From Elusimicrobiota bacterium (GTDB taxonomy: Bacteria > Elusimicrobiota > Elusimicrobia > F11): a stretch of 64,000 nt of DNA. Every line of letters begins with the position of its first letter. Positions within the stretch are counted from its first letter, which is position 1. The DNA lies in contig JBGAON010000002.1 in NCBI GenBank assembly GCA_044221725.1, forward strand, positions 609,616-673,615, read 5' to 3'. Shown piece after piece: positions 1 to 11,829 of the stretch. Below the pieces are notes generated by a model. That model was not told the origin of the DNA. It did no database searches and worked only from the letters and a program-made list of their open reading frames with translations. Position numbers and translations under genes: made by a program.

Positions 1-1023
1 GCCGGCCTCACGAATCAAATTCACGAGGCGCTCGCGCGCCATCTGCAACGGCGAACTCGCTTTGGCTGCGTGCATTATTTTCTCTTCGCCAATCGTTCCG
101 TCAATGTCGTCAGCACCGTAGTTCAGTGCGATGGACGCCGTTTCTTCGCCCATGGTGACCCAGTACGCTTTGATGTGATCAAAATTATCGAGCAACAATC
201 TCGAAACCGCAATCGTCTTCAGATCATCAATGACCGACGCTTGGCGCTTCACCACTTGTGTCGTGCCTGGTTGGTACGCGAGCGGAATAAACGAAAGAAA
301 ACCGCGGGTCTCGTCTTGCAAATCCCGCAGCTTTAAAATGTGAACGAGCCGTTCATCGATTGTTTCCATGTGACCGTAAAGCAGCGTCGAATTTGACCGA
401 AGACCAAGCTCGTGCGCCGTCCGGTGGACTTCGAGCCACTTGGGCGCTCCGATCTTGAACGGATAAAGCGCTTTGCGCACGCGCTCGCTGAACACTTCAG
501 CTCCGCCACCCGGAATGCAGACCACACCGGCGTCGATCATCAAGGTTAAAATTTCTTTGATGGACTTTTTTTCGCGCCGAGCGAAGAAATCAATTTCAAC
601 AGCGGTGTAGGCTTTCACTTGGATGCTCGGAAACCGATTTTTGATCGCCCGCACCACATCAAGGTATTGATCGAACGTCCATCCGCGATAGAGCCCGCTC
701 ACAATGTGCACTTCGCGTAAGTCGTCGTTTAATTTTGAAAGAATCTCATTGTGCGACATGATATAGGCGTTCGTTCGGTTGGATTTTGTGGCGTAATCAC
801 AGAAATGGCAGGAGAGAACACAAATGTTTGTGGGATTAATTTGCCGGTTCATCACAAACGTGGCGCGGTCGCCCGTTTTTTGTTCTTTGACCCAGTTGGC
901 CATGAACCCGAGGCCATGCACATCATCGGACGCAAACAATGTTTGTCCGTCAGCAAACGACAGACGTTCACCGTTCTGAACTTTGTTCCACAGCGGAGCG
1001 ATGTTCGGATCTTTAATCAACAT
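1..1023 (-). CDS. mqnE: Aminofutalosine synthase MqnE (radical SAM); 3' end runs off the window
   Basis: Not in the ORF track; translated by hand from ATG at 1023: MLIKDPNIAPLW...NRQINPTNICVLSCHFCDY (CxxxCxxC)...FLSFIPLAYQP...LDNFDHIKAYWVTMG...GADDIDGTIGEEKIMHAA. HIKAYW favours MqnE over MqnC. Lies next to ubiD/ubiX/ubiA-like genes. Confidence 0.88.
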   Translation of the reverse strand, partial: MLIKDPNIAPLWNKVQNGERLSFADGQTLFASDDVHGLGFMANWVKEQKTGDRATFVMNRQINPTNICVLSCHFCDYATKSNRTNAYIMSHNEILSKLNDDLREVHIVSGLYRGWTFDQYLDVVRAIKNRFPSIQVKAYTAVEIDFFARREKKSIKEILTLMIDAGVVCIPGGGAEVFSERVRKALYPFKIGAPKWLEVHRTAHELGLRSNSTLLYGHMETIDERLVHILKLRDLQDETRGFLSFIPLAYQPGTTQVVKRQASVIDDLKTIAVSRLLLDNFDHIKAYWVTMGEETASIALNYGADDIDGTIGEEKIMHAAKASSPLQMARERLVNLIREAG

Positions 1024-1036
1024 ATCAGTACCTGTT

Positions 1037-1117
1037 CGTCGCCCTGAAATGTTTCTGTCCAGGGCCCACGTTGCCTTACGGTAAAATGGATCCTGGCTTA
1101 CGACATGCCAGGATGAC
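1037..1117. repeat. Palindromic element family A, copy 1; overlaps the 3' end of mqnL
   Basis: cgtcgccctgaaatg...ccagggccca...tggatcctggcttacgacatgccaggatgac. Supplies the last residues GHPGMS* of the UbiD-family ORF. Confidence 0.8.
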
Positions 1118-2870
1118 CAATTTCGTACTCCTTCCACCGCCGATTCACGAGCTTCACAACATCGTCATTCATGACAAGCGGATCCGGATAACCGGGCTTC
1201 CATGTGGCGTCGATAAAAAGCGGACCCGCGTATTGCGGATGTCCCCGTTTGATGTCGACGTTTCCAAAAAACGTGTCGCGCTCGCAATCAAACCGCGTAA
1301 AAATTCCCCATAAAAGCAGCGTCGGGTCTTCGAGAGGAATATCGTCACTAACGGCGACGACCATCGGCGGTAATGACGGAAAGCTTAACATTTTTTCGAG
1401 AATATCCCGGCCGCCACCGTCGACGCGCAGCACCAACATTGCGTCGTCCACGACCCGCGCATCGCGCACAAGCGAACTCAAACCACCGAGCGTGCTTGGA
1501 TCGAACGTCTCGCGCTTTTGTTTCGGCTTTGAATTCGTTGTCGCGTCAATAACCAACTTGCTGCCGAGGTTCATTTTGAAACTTGTGAAATCAAGTGTAT
1601 CTTGGGACGTGCCGGGCAAAAGAATAAAGTCGTCTTTCGGATCAAAGTTATCGCGAATTGCTTTGAGCACGTCACTAAATTTTCGGGCGTTTACGGTCGG
1701 ATCCACAAGAACGACACACTTGGAAAGCGCCAACTGCCCTTCGCCCAGTGCCCATAACGCGGTCTTGATCGCTTCTTTTTCAAACCGCTGCTTCACGCTA
1801 ATCACGAGCAAATTGTGAAAACCGGCTTCTTGATAGGCCCATAAGTCAACGACCTCGGGATGCATGATTTTCAAAAGCGGCAGCAGCATTTCTTGAACCG
1901 CGTCGCCGATCACTTGATCTTCTTGGGGCGGCTTGCCAACGACCGCAATCGGAAAAATTGGTTTCTCGCGGTGCCAGACGCGATTCACCTTAAAAATTGG
2001 AAACGGCGCGGCCAGTGAATAATGACCGAAGTGATCCCCGTACGGGCCTTCTTGGCGCCGTTCTTTCGGCGGAACGAATCCTTCCAACAAAAACTCCGCT
2101 TCGGATGGCACGGACAAATCGCTCTCCGTGAGTGTCGTAACCCGCGTGGATTCTCCGCGCAGGAACCCCGCGAATGCAATTTCACTAAGCCCCTCGGGAA
2201 GCGGTAACACTCCGCACATCATCAGAATGGGATCCGCTCCAAGAACGGTCACAAGCGGCAATGCCCGACCGGCGGCCTCGGCTTGTTGGTAGTGGTATCC
2301 TCCGCCTTTGCCGATCTGCCAATGCATGCCCGTTTCGCTCTTGTTGTACACGTGCATGCGGTACACGCCCATGTTTTGTTTTCCGTCTTTTGGACTCTTC
2401 GTAACAACAAGTGGGAACGTAATAAACTTTCCACCGTCTTTTGGCCACGACTGCGCAATCGGTAGTTGGTCGAGATTCGCCGGTTCCACACAAAACTTCT
2501 TGACCGGAGCGTGCGTGCGCGCGTCGGGTTTCATTTTGAGTACGCGTAGCGCCGTGTGGCGATTTTTCCACAAACGCTGGGGAGATGGCGGCATAAGGCC
2601 ATCGGCAAACTGCGCGAGCTCCGCTCCCACTTGGGCGGGGGCACGTCCAAGCGCCCAGTCAACACGGCGAGACGCCCCAAGCACATTGACGAGCAATGGA
2701 AACTTTGAACCTTTTACGTTCTCGAAGAGGAGCGCGGGCCCTGCGCGTTTAACCACCCGCGTGGCGATTTCGGTGATTTCGAGGACCGGATCGACCTCGG
2801 CTTTGATGCGCACCAGGTCATTCTTCTGTTCGAGGAACGAAACAAACGACTGTAAATTACGAAAGGGCAT
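1098..2870 (-). CDS. mqnL: UbiD-family decarboxylase (menaquinone futalosine pathway, MqnL-like)
   Basis: EVDPVLEITEI, WPKDGGKFITFP, NMGVYRM, EGPYGDHFGHY and VGKPPQED motifs. Start placed at MPFRNLQSF (2870), overlapping the ubiX stop. Confidence 0.88.
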   Translation of the reverse strand: MPFRNLQSFVSFLEQKNDLVRIKAEVDPVLEITEIATRVVKRAGPALLFENVKGSKFPLLVNVLGASRRVDWALGRAPAQVGAELAQFADGLMPPSPQRLWKNRHTALRVLKMKPDARTHAPVKKFCVEPANLDQLPIAQSWPKDGGKFITFPLVVTKSPKDGKQNMGVYRMHVYNKSETGMHWQIGKGGGYHYQQAEAAGRALPLVTVLGADPILMMCGVLPLPEGLSEIAFAGFLRGESTRVTTLTESDLSVPSEAEFLLEGFVPPKERRQEGPYGDHFGHYSLAAPFPIFKVNRVWHREKPIFPIAVVGKPPQEDQVIGDAVQEMLLPLLKIMHPEVVDLWAYQEAGFHNLLVISVKQRFEKEAIKTALWALGEGQLALSKCVVLVDPTVNARKFSDVLKAIRDNFDPKDDFILLPGTSQDTLDFTSFKMNLGSKLVIDATTNSKPKQKRETFDPSTLGGLSSLVRDARVVDDAMLVLRVDGGGRDILEKMLSFPSLPPMVVAVSDDIPLEDPTLLLWGIFTRFDCERDTFFGNVDIKRGHPQYAGPLFIDATWKPGYPDPLVMNDDVVKLVNRRWKEYEIGHPGMS

Positions 2871-3411
2871 CGTGACGCCAACCGGAGCGAACGGTCGGCA
2901 AGTTGAGCGTGGTGAGCATGTGATCAACGAAACGCGACGTTGTTTCTTCAGCGGACTGCGATTTAAAATAAAACGGTGGGCAGAGCGGCATAATCGTTAC
3001 GCCGAGCCGGGATAATTTAAGAGCATTCTCCAGCGCGATCGCGGACAACGGCGACTCTCGAAGTCCCAGCAGCATGCGGCGTTGTTCTTTGAGCGCCACT
3101 TCGGCCACGCGCGCCACGAGGTTCTCGCCAATTCCGTTCGCAATTCTCCCAAGCGTTGTCAGCGAACATGGAACAATCACATATCGATCAAACGAAATGG
3201 AGCCGGACGCGAACGGAGCGTTCATGTCGTCAGCGGAGAATATTTTTGAGACGTGAGGGGACAAATCGTCGGGACGCAGTCCCGTTTCTTGATGCAGAAC
3301 CGCTTTGCCCCAACGCGAAAGAATTAAAAATTTTTCGCCCGGGCATTGTTTTAAAAATTCAACCGCCACGTTTCCGCCCGACGCACCAGTGATTGCGACA
3401 ACGGTTCTCAT
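2857..3411 (-). CDS. ubiX: UbiX-family flavin prenyltransferase (MqnM-like)
   Basis: VVAITGASG, APFASGS, IVPCSLTTLGRIANG and LKEQR..RESPL motifs; adjacent to a UbiD gene. Confidence 0.9.
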   Translation of the reverse strand: MRTVVAITGASGGNVAVEFLKQCPGEKFLILSRWGKAVLHQETGLRPDDLSPHVSKIFSADDMNAPFASGSISFDRYVIVPCSLTTLGRIANGIGENLVARVAEVALKEQRRMLLGLRESPLSAIALENALKLSRLGVTIMPLCPPFYFKSQSAEETTSRFVDHMLTTLNLPTVRSGWRHDALS

Positions 3412-3414
3412 CGC

Positions 3415-4257
3415 CTAAACTCCTAGAAGCCCTGCAACGATCATAAACAAAACCACAAATCCAATCAGTGTGTTGATCTGAAAGAAGGCAAGATTCACAT
3501 TCTTTGAAAATTGGAATTCAAAATAAAGAAGCACACCAATGATGGCCAAAAGCATCACGGTGATGGGTCCCGACAACCATCCGATGTAAAGTACAAGCAG
3601 AAACAAAAACGCGAGCAAGTGAAACAACCCCGCCAAACGCAGCGAGCGCCGGATACCCCAAGCTGCCGGTAACGAATGAAGCCCGGCGGTGCGGTCAAAC
3701 TGCTCGTCCATTGTCGCGTAGATGATGTCGAAACCCGCCAGCCAAAAAATACTGAACACGCCAAGCACAACGGCCGGTGCCAAACCCTGAAACGATGACT
3801 TCACCGCAAAAAAACCGGCCAAAGGCACGAGCGACCATACGATTCCCAAACCAACATGCGTCCATTTTGTCAGGCGTTTGAAATAGGGATACGCTGTGAA
3901 TCCAACGATCGGCAACCAAGAAAGTCGCAAACAGAAATCCGACAACAGCCACGCTGAAAATAAATAGATCACGAGCGCGATAACACCCAAAGCGGCCGCC
4001 TCCCAGAGCTTCATTTTTCCGCTGCTTAAATGACGATCTTGTGTGCGAGGGTTACGCGCGTCGATGTGACGATCAATAACGCGGTTCAGCACGAGCGCTA
4101 TGATGCGCGCACTGCCGCCCGCCAAAAGAATGAGAAGCGCTTGCCGAAGAGTCGGCCAACCGTCGCCGGCCAACAGCGCTCCCGCAAATAGAAGAGGCAG
4201 CGAAAACAGAGTGTGCTCGATTTTAATGAAACTGGAATAGTTCTTTAGCGACATCAT
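3415..4257 (-). CDS. mqnP: UbiA-family polyprenyltransferase (MqnP-like)
   Basis: KIEHTLFSLP, NRVIDRHIDARNPRT, YPYFKR and WLAGFDIIYATMDEQFDR motifs; multi-TM protein. Confidence 0.88.
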   Translation of the reverse strand: MMSLKNYSSFIKIEHTLFSLPLLFAGALLAGDGWPTLRQALLILLAGGSARIIALVLNRVIDRHIDARNPRTQDRHLSSGKMKLWEAAALGVIALVIYLFSAWLLSDFCLRLSWLPIVGFTAYPYFKRLTKWTHVGLGIVWSLVPLAGFFAVKSSFQGLAPAVVLGVFSIFWLAGFDIIYATMDEQFDRTAGLHSLPAAWGIRRSLRLAGLFHLLAFLFLLVLYIGWLSGPITVMLLAIIGVLLYFEFQFSKNVNLAFFQINTLIGFVVLFMIVAGLLGV

Positions 4258-6534
4258 TTATTGCGCAACGTTTAATTCAGAAAAAACATCCGCCTCGGAT
4301 TCTACGGGAGAGAAAACAGAGGTGATAGGCTTCGTCAAATTAACAGAAAAAAGGCCGAGACTCAAAGGCGGCATGGCCAGCGGCAAGCCCGTGTCACGCA
4401 AGTTTTGGCCCCAGAGCGCAACCGCCGGGCCTCCGGATTCGGGCTGATTGAGCAGCGACTTGATGCTCACACTCCCGTGCAGCGCGTTCGTAAACAAATA
4501 AAGTTTGTTGTTTTCGAATCCGGCCAGCAACGACCGCAGCTGTATCGATTCGTTTTTGAAATTGTTTGAGAAATTTGCGACGGCGACCAACAGCGATTTC
4601 TTGCGCCAACGCGCAAACGCGAGAACTTCGGGATTGCTGCTTTTTAGCAGCAAAAATTTTCCCTTGCGAATCACCGACGCGCGCGCCAAACGGTTAATAA
4701 ATCCGGCGACCTCTTCGGGCATGTTGTTGTCGTGTTGGACCACACCGGGCAAGAGCGTCAATAAAATCGCTGCCAAAACATTTTGGTGGCGGGCAAAATC
4801 TTCGCTCGGAAAAGGTTTGAAGAGCGAATTTAGATTATAAATCCCGCAACGGAGATAATGGGCGGATTCACCGCGCAAGAACGCGCTCAAGTCACCAACC
4901 TTTCCGGTTTGGATTTGATCAAGCACCGTTCGCACAAGCAAATCGTTTTCGTAATAATTGAAACCCATTTCGCGGACCGCGCGCGATTGTTCCGCAATCG
5001 AGTCGGCAACGAACAGAAAATTCGGGAAACGCGCTCTTACATCGGAAATGACATCGGCCCAAAAGAATTTCGAATTCTCACGCGCGTCGTTGTCGTCAAC
5101 AGCGATGGCACGCGAGCGGCGACGAAGTTGTGCGTCAAAAAACTCTTTTGCGTTTTCAATTCGAACCCCCGGCGCAATCTCGGCAAACCGGAGCAATGTG
5201 TCGACCACGAGCGAGCGCAACGCCAACGATGACCGCTCAAACGAAATCGCCTCTTTGCGCAGAAAAATCTGAGTAAACGACAAACTCGGGAACAATCGAA
5301 TACCAGCCTTTGACGCAAGTTGGATTTGTCGACGCAAGAACGACTCGCCGTAATATTCGCTCGGATTGGAGCGTTCGAGCACAAGGCCCGTGGTGGACAA
5401 CCAAACGTAGCGTTCCTGCTGCGCCGCGACGCCACGCCAAAATTCTCGCTCAATCTTTCGGTGCAACACGGCTTGCGTCATCGAAAACGGCCAATGGATC
5501 TCGTGAAACACTTTTCCGAGCGGCTCGAGCGGCCTCCCTTGAATTTTCCGTCGGTTGATCGCGTACCAAAAGGCGCCCAGCGCCAATACAAAAAGAAGAT
5601 AAAAAACATCAGGGGGGCGACTTCGGTTCGAATCGCGCTTCTCGATCCAACTGTTTTGGGGGACCACAACCGGACGAGGCATCGGAATTTCCGTCACTTG
5701 CGGGTTTTCGCTCACAACCGCTTCGGCCAACGGAGATTCCACGGGTGCGGCGGCCACGCGGATTTTCTTGACGGTCTCTGGCTTGTCATTAAATTCTTCG
5801 GACGAGTGTTCTTTTGTGGGTTCGGCAAGCACAAGCCGGCTTGTCGCACGGCCCAACACCATCATCGCGCGTTTGGGCAAATTCGCTTGTTCAACAAACG
5901 CCACGCCGAGAACCTGAATTGTTCCTTGCGGTTTGTTCGCGGTGACGTCGCTCCCAAATTCGATGAATACTTCCGAGACTTCCGACAAATCAACTTTGTT
6001 CCTAGGAATCAAGCGCGACATTGGAACAACCAGCTGTACGGGCTCCGCAGCGGGAAACCCTTGGCGGGGCAACGCATCGGAACGCGCGGCCATTCCATCT
6101 TTTAGTCCCACGCTTAACCGCATCGCTGGACGCGAACACCACACCCAAAGAAGAATCGAATTGTAACGTCGCACATCCATTGGCTTCTGCAATTGAATGA
6201 CACCGCTCGCCCAGCCGGATTTTCCGCTTTGCGTTAGTTTCAAACTCAATCCTTCGTTCATTATGCTCTGACCGCGACGAAAGCCGTAGGTGCTTTGTGT
6301 GGCGCTGCCCGTAAAATGAACGGAGTCGACATGACGGTAACGCAGGAAAAGGGATTGTTGACCTTCCAAACCGTACGGAAGGTTCTGCAGTTTTTCTTGG
6401 AGAGGCGCGGTCATGGGCGGAGCTTCGAATCGACTGTTTGCTCCACTTACCGATGGAGGAAACAGACCGACATTCAACACCAACACACATGTTAATGAAC
6501 AAAATAATGACGGTTTTAGCACGGTTCGATTCAA
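4258..6534 (-). CDS. Hypothetical membrane protein: signal peptide, beta-sandwich-like extracytoplasmic domain, one TM helix, degenerate alpha-amylase (GH13)-like C-terminal domain
   Basis: 758-aa ORF with hydrophobic N-terminus and TM VFYLLFVLALGAFWYAI. C-terminal GVRIENA / FWADVISDVRARFPNFLFVAD / LLVAVANFS resemble GH13 conserved regions with altered catalytic positions. Confidence 0.6.
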   Translation of the reverse strand: MNRTVLKPSLFCSLTCVLVLNVGLFPPSVSGANSRFEAPPMTAPLQEKLQNLPYGLEGQQSLFLRYRHVDSVHFTGSATQSTYGFRRGQSIMNEGLSLKLTQSGKSGWASGVIQLQKPMDVRRYNSILLWVWCSRPAMRLSVGLKDGMAARSDALPRQGFPAAEPVQLVVPMSRLIPRNKVDLSEVSEVFIEFGSDVTANKPQGTIQVLGVAFVEQANLPKRAMMVLGRATSRLVLAEPTKEHSSEEFNDKPETVKKIRVAAAPVESPLAEAVVSENPQVTEIPMPRPVVVPQNSWIEKRDSNRSRPPDVFYLLFVLALGAFWYAINRRKIQGRPLEPLGKVFHEIHWPFSMTQAVLHRKIEREFWRGVAAQQERYVWLSTTGLVLERSNPSEYYGESFLRRQIQLASKAGIRLFPSLSFTQIFLRKEAISFERSSLALRSLVVDTLLRFAEIAPGVRIENAKEFFDAQLRRRSRAIAVDDNDARENSKFFWADVISDVRARFPNFLFVADSIAEQSRAVREMGFNYYENDLLVRTVLDQIQTGKVGDLSAFLRGESAHYLRCGIYNLNSLFKPFPSEDFARHQNVLAAILLTLLPGVVQHDNNMPEEVAGFINRLARASVIRKGKFLLLKSSNPEVLAFARWRKKSLLVAVANFSNNFKNESIQLRSLLAGFENNKLYLFTNALHGSVSIKSLLNQPESGGPAVALWGQNLRDTGLPLAMPPLSLGLFSVNLTKPITSVFSPVESEADVFSELNVAQ

Positions 6535-6646
6535 TCAAAAATCGCTGGAAAAAGCACCCGCGCGATTCGACGGAGAACTGCTTCTTACACCAGCGAAGGC
6601 GTTCCGTGCAGGCGGTGCATTAGACCCTTGAATTCAGGCGAACCCT

Positions 6647-6700
6647 TTTACAAATTGTTTACGACTGCTTAATCGTTTCTTAAGCAAAAAAAACTTTAAT
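6647..6700 (+). promoter_or_regulatory. Four hexamer direct repeats at 11-bp pitch plus -10-like element (OmpR/PhoP-type operator)
   Basis: TTTACA(6647), TTTACG(6658), TTAATC(6669), TTAAGC(6680), then 9 bp, then TTTAAT(6695). Same layout occurs at 23017-23070. Confidence 0.6.
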
Positions 6701-6717
6701 TCCATTTTGGCCTATAC

Positions 6718-9700
6718 ATGAAAAAAATTATCGCCTTCACTATTTGCTTGACGCTTGTCGTGCCAGCGACGTTCGCCGGAAAATCCGACGCGCGCGCCGA
6801 TTTCGCTTTGTCGCAACTCGCGCGTTGGGGCGATCTTACCCTTGTCGGCCCAATCTCTCGGTCCGGCCCGGTCGTTCTTTATATTAAAGACATCCATTTA
6901 AACGCGGACGTCCAATCGAATATTCAAAAGGCAATTGAGGTCTTAGGTCGGTCCGGGCGTATAGGAACGCTAGCCCTCGAAGGCGGTTTTGGCCCGATTG
7001 ATTTGCGGGAGTTTCAAAACCATCCGAACCAATCGGCAGTAAAGCGCGCGGCCATGTGCTTTCTCAAACAGAAATATATTCAGGGCCCCATTGCCGCGGC
7101 ACTAACCGCAGGACGCACAGGCTTTCAAATTCAGGGAATCGATGACCGAACCGCTTATTACGCGAACGTGGAAGCCTATCGGCAAGCAACAAAACAACTT
7201 CCGATTGCGCAAAAAGAATTGTGGCAATGGAAAAGAGAGTTGGATGCAAAAAGATCTGCACAAAAAACGGACGAGCAAGACGCGCTAGGCAACGAAGCTG
7301 ATCAGTGGCGACTGACCAAGAAATTAATCGAATTCACACTCACCAAAGAAGAATGGCACAAGCTTCGCAAAGGTCGAGTTTCCTGCCGCGCGTTCGAACA
7401 GTTTTACGAAGAGGCCGAACGCCGCGACGAAAAGATGGCCGAAAACCTCCGTCCCTTTTTGACCCGCGGAAAAATGATCGTCCTCGTGACCGGGGGATTC
7501 CACGCGAGTGGAATCGAGCAGACGCTTAAAGAATTGAAATGCACGGTTATTCAATTTGTACCCAGGATGAAATCAACCGGCGCGCTCGCCGGCTCGGACT
7601 ATCTGAACGTATTGAAGGAACCAAAAACACCACTTCAAAATTTGCTCTTCCGAAAATCACTGTTTTTACCGCCGGAAGTATGGCCCGAAGAAATGTCCAT
7701 TGCCATGAAACTCGGCGTGCAGGCAATCGAAAACGCCGCGGGCGTCGCTTCAAGAACGGTGGGGAACGCCAATGTCACGGCCAAGGTGAGCGGCGATACC
7801 ATTCGATTCTTCATTGAACGCGCGAAAGAAATTCGAAACACCGCGGAAAAAGTGAGCGGCATCGACGCCTACAGAAAAGTCTTAACGCTTCTGATCGAGG
7901 TCGGCGCACTTCCCGGGAAAGGGAGCAACGATGCGGTCGTTTCTTTCTTGAACGGGGGGGACCTTTTGCTGGCCGAGCAAATGCCCGTATTGGCTATCGA
8001 CAGACATGGCTTTAGCTTAAACGGATTGATTCAGGAATTTGAAGACGTTTCCGGATTCGATGAATCTTCGGTGCGAACGAATTTTAAAGATCCGGGTCCG
8101 ATAAATTTCGAAGAAGCGGACCGAATTGTTCTTGCGATCACGAATTTAAAGAGCCAGGGACTCAATCCGAGATTTCTTTTGTTTAAAAACACCGAGGCTT
8201 TTTTTATGAAAAACCGGGAAGCGGACGGTCTTCCGGTCGGAAGCTCACAAAAAACGTATCAACAGACGCTCGAAGAAATATTCGATCGCGCCGTGGCCGA
8301 CGACGCGACCATCATCCTGCACGAGGACCTGATGCACGGTGGAAGTTCCATAACGCAAAGGGTGCTCGCTGAGCGCGGATTTATAAATGTAACCTCTTCG
8401 CTCATCCCCGACGAAGCGCAACGCTCCCTTTATGAGGAACTCGAACACGTTCCTTTTTTCAAATTGCCGACGTCATCACTGAACGTGCCATTAATGGGCC
8501 GAATTCGAATCTACCGCAAGAAAAAAATTCCACAAAACAATGCCCCTGTCGATAAAATATCTTCTCAGTCCGACAGTGATGATGACGACAGTGGACATTA
8601 TGTTCCGGAAGCATTAGCGAAATTGATGCGCACGTATTTGCCAAGCGAGTCTCGAAATCGAGCCGCCATGGCCATCTTGTACAGGTTCGACGAAATCAAC
8701 AGTCCCGCCCGTCAAAAAACTTTTTTGGACGCTGTCGCCGTTGTTGACCAAGAAATCGCCGCCAAAATAGAACTCGCCTGCCAATCGAAGGGACAAGCGG
8801 GCAAGGAACGCTCTCGCGACAACCAATTGCAACGATTAATGTCCGATGCGAAAGCAATTCTCACGAGTGATCGAGTCGGAACATTGCCGGTTTCGCTTCC
8901 AAATACCGTGAATGTATTAACCACGCATGGATTTATGAAACAGACGGAGATGAAGTCCAAAAATGTTACGGCTCCATCTCTCGGAAAACAGGAAAAGTAT
9001 CGCCTTGCCGATATCGCCCGTGAAACCGGATTGGACAAATTGCCCGGATACAAGCAAATGCTATTGCGCCTGATTAGCTCGCGAACTCTTCCCTACGATC
9101 GACGCACCGACTCCATATTCCTCGGTGATGCACTGAAAATTGGCAGACTGCTAAACGCATTGAATAAAGACGAATATACATTGGCCGAGGTGATCGCGCT
9201 CGCAGACGCAACAGTTGATGATACGACGGCGCGTCAGCTGTACGATTCACTTCTGGAAGAAAAGTTCAAAGCCCCAGACATCCTCGCGAAAAACAGAACT
9301 TTGCAAAAGACGGATGCGTTTGCTCTGGCCTTTCAGTTAACAGTGATTGAAAATTTTAAGGATCCAAAGCCTTATCGCGACGTGCTTCAAGCTATTGGCT
9401 GGCCCGAAACGGCATATTCGCTGCACACTTTCTTCAGGATTTTTCCATCGCATCGCCAAAACGGTGATATCGTTTGGGTCCGGCTCGGAAAAGCCGTGCG
9501 TGTGAACAAAGAGAGCGCAAAAGCACTTTTCGAAGAAACACTCGCGGAAGTCGCCAAAGAATCAAATCGGATCGGCCAGGAATTCGTGTTGCTTTCGCAA
9601 GCGTTCAAAGAAATAGGCAAAAAACTCACGTGGCACAATCTCAAGTTGAGATTGAAGAACAAAGGCCTCGCGAAAGATGTAAGGATAATTGGATCTCTCC

Positions 9701-9828
9701 ATTTTATTACGCGCCGAGCGGTGGAACGGCTGAGGCAATCCGGCACACGTTCCGACCTGAGTTCTCCGTTCGCGAAAAAAGTCCAATCTGATAATCGGGC
9801 AAAAAAATCCGCCGAACAATCGGCGTAA
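6718..9828 (+). CDS. Large exported protein, paralog 1: conserved N-terminal module (to ~aa 320) plus variable C-terminus with HTH-like units
   Basis: Signal peptide MKKIIAFTICLTLVVPATFA. Motifs IKDIH, LEGGF, GIDD..Y.ANV.AY, FYEEAERRDEKM, VTGGFH and KTPL..L....LFLPP are shared with the 16492-23010 protein. Confidence 0.8.
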   Translation: MKKIIAFTICLTLVVPATFAGKSDARADFALSQLARWGDLTLVGPISRSGPVVLYIKDIHLNADVQSNIQKAIEVLGRSGRIGTLALEGGFGPIDLREFQNHPNQSAVKRAAMCFLKQKYIQGPIAAALTAGRTGFQIQGIDDRTAYYANVEAYRQATKQLPIAQKELWQWKRELDAKRSAQKTDEQDALGNEADQWRLTKKLIEFTLTKEEWHKLRKGRVSCRAFEQFYEEAERRDEKMAENLRPFLTRGKMIVLVTGGFHASGIEQTLKELKCTVIQFVPRMKSTGALAGSDYLNVLKEPKTPLQNLLFRKSLFLPPEVWPEEMSIAMKLGVQAIENAAGVASRTVGNANVTAKVSGDTIRFFIERAKEIRNTAEKVSGIDAYRKVLTLLIEVGALPGKGSNDAVVSFLNGGDLLLAEQMPVLAIDRHGFSLNGLIQEFEDVSGFDESSVRTNFKDPGPINFEEADRIVLAITNLKSQGLNPRFLLFKNTEAFFMKNREADGLPVGSSQKTYQQTLEEIFDRAVADDATIILHEDLMHGGSSITQRVLAERGFINVTSSLIPDEAQRSLYEELEHVPFFKLPTSSLNVPLMGRIRIYRKKKIPQNNAPVDKISSQSDSDDDDSGHYVPEALAKLMRTYLPSESRNRAAMAILYRFDEINSPARQKTFLDAVAVVDQEIAAKIELACQSKGQAGKERSRDNQLQRLMSDAKAILTSDRVGTLPVSLPNTVNVLTTHGFMKQTEMKSKNVTAPSLGKQEKYRLADIARETGLDKLPGYKQMLLRLISSRTLPYDRRTDSIFLGDALKIGRLLNALNKDEYTLAEVIALADATVDDTTARQLYDSLLEEKFKAPDILAKNRTLQKTDAFALAFQLTVIENFKDPKPYRDVLQAIGWPETAYSLHTFFRIFPSHRQNGDIVWVRLGKAVRVNKESAKALFEETLAEVAKESNRIGQEFVLLSQAFKEIGKKLTWHNLKLRLKNKGLAKDVRIIGSLHFITRRAVERLRQSGTRSDLSSPFAKKVQSDNRAKKSAEQSA

Positions 9829-9847
9829 CACCTAAAACCAAGTCCGT

Positions 9848-9876
9848 TTGACGGCTTTGGTTGCGTTTGCTACAGT
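9848..9876 (+). promoter_or_regulatory. Sigma70-type promoter for HAD-purA-carAB
   Basis: TTGACG(9848)-N17-TACAGT(9871) with an extended TGn; followed by a small C(TTCG)G hairpin at 9885-9900. Confidence 0.55.
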
Positions 9877-9917
9877 TCCGCAACGCTCGCTTCGGTGAGC
9901 TCGCCCTGACAAACCCC

Positions 9918-11818
<1,901 letters not shown>

Positions 11819-11829
11819 CGTGTCGTGAA

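Noticed and set aside
6535..6646. tRNA or ncRNA in the divergent intergenic region
   Set aside because: No cloverleaf, T-loop or known RNA motif was found by eye on either strand.
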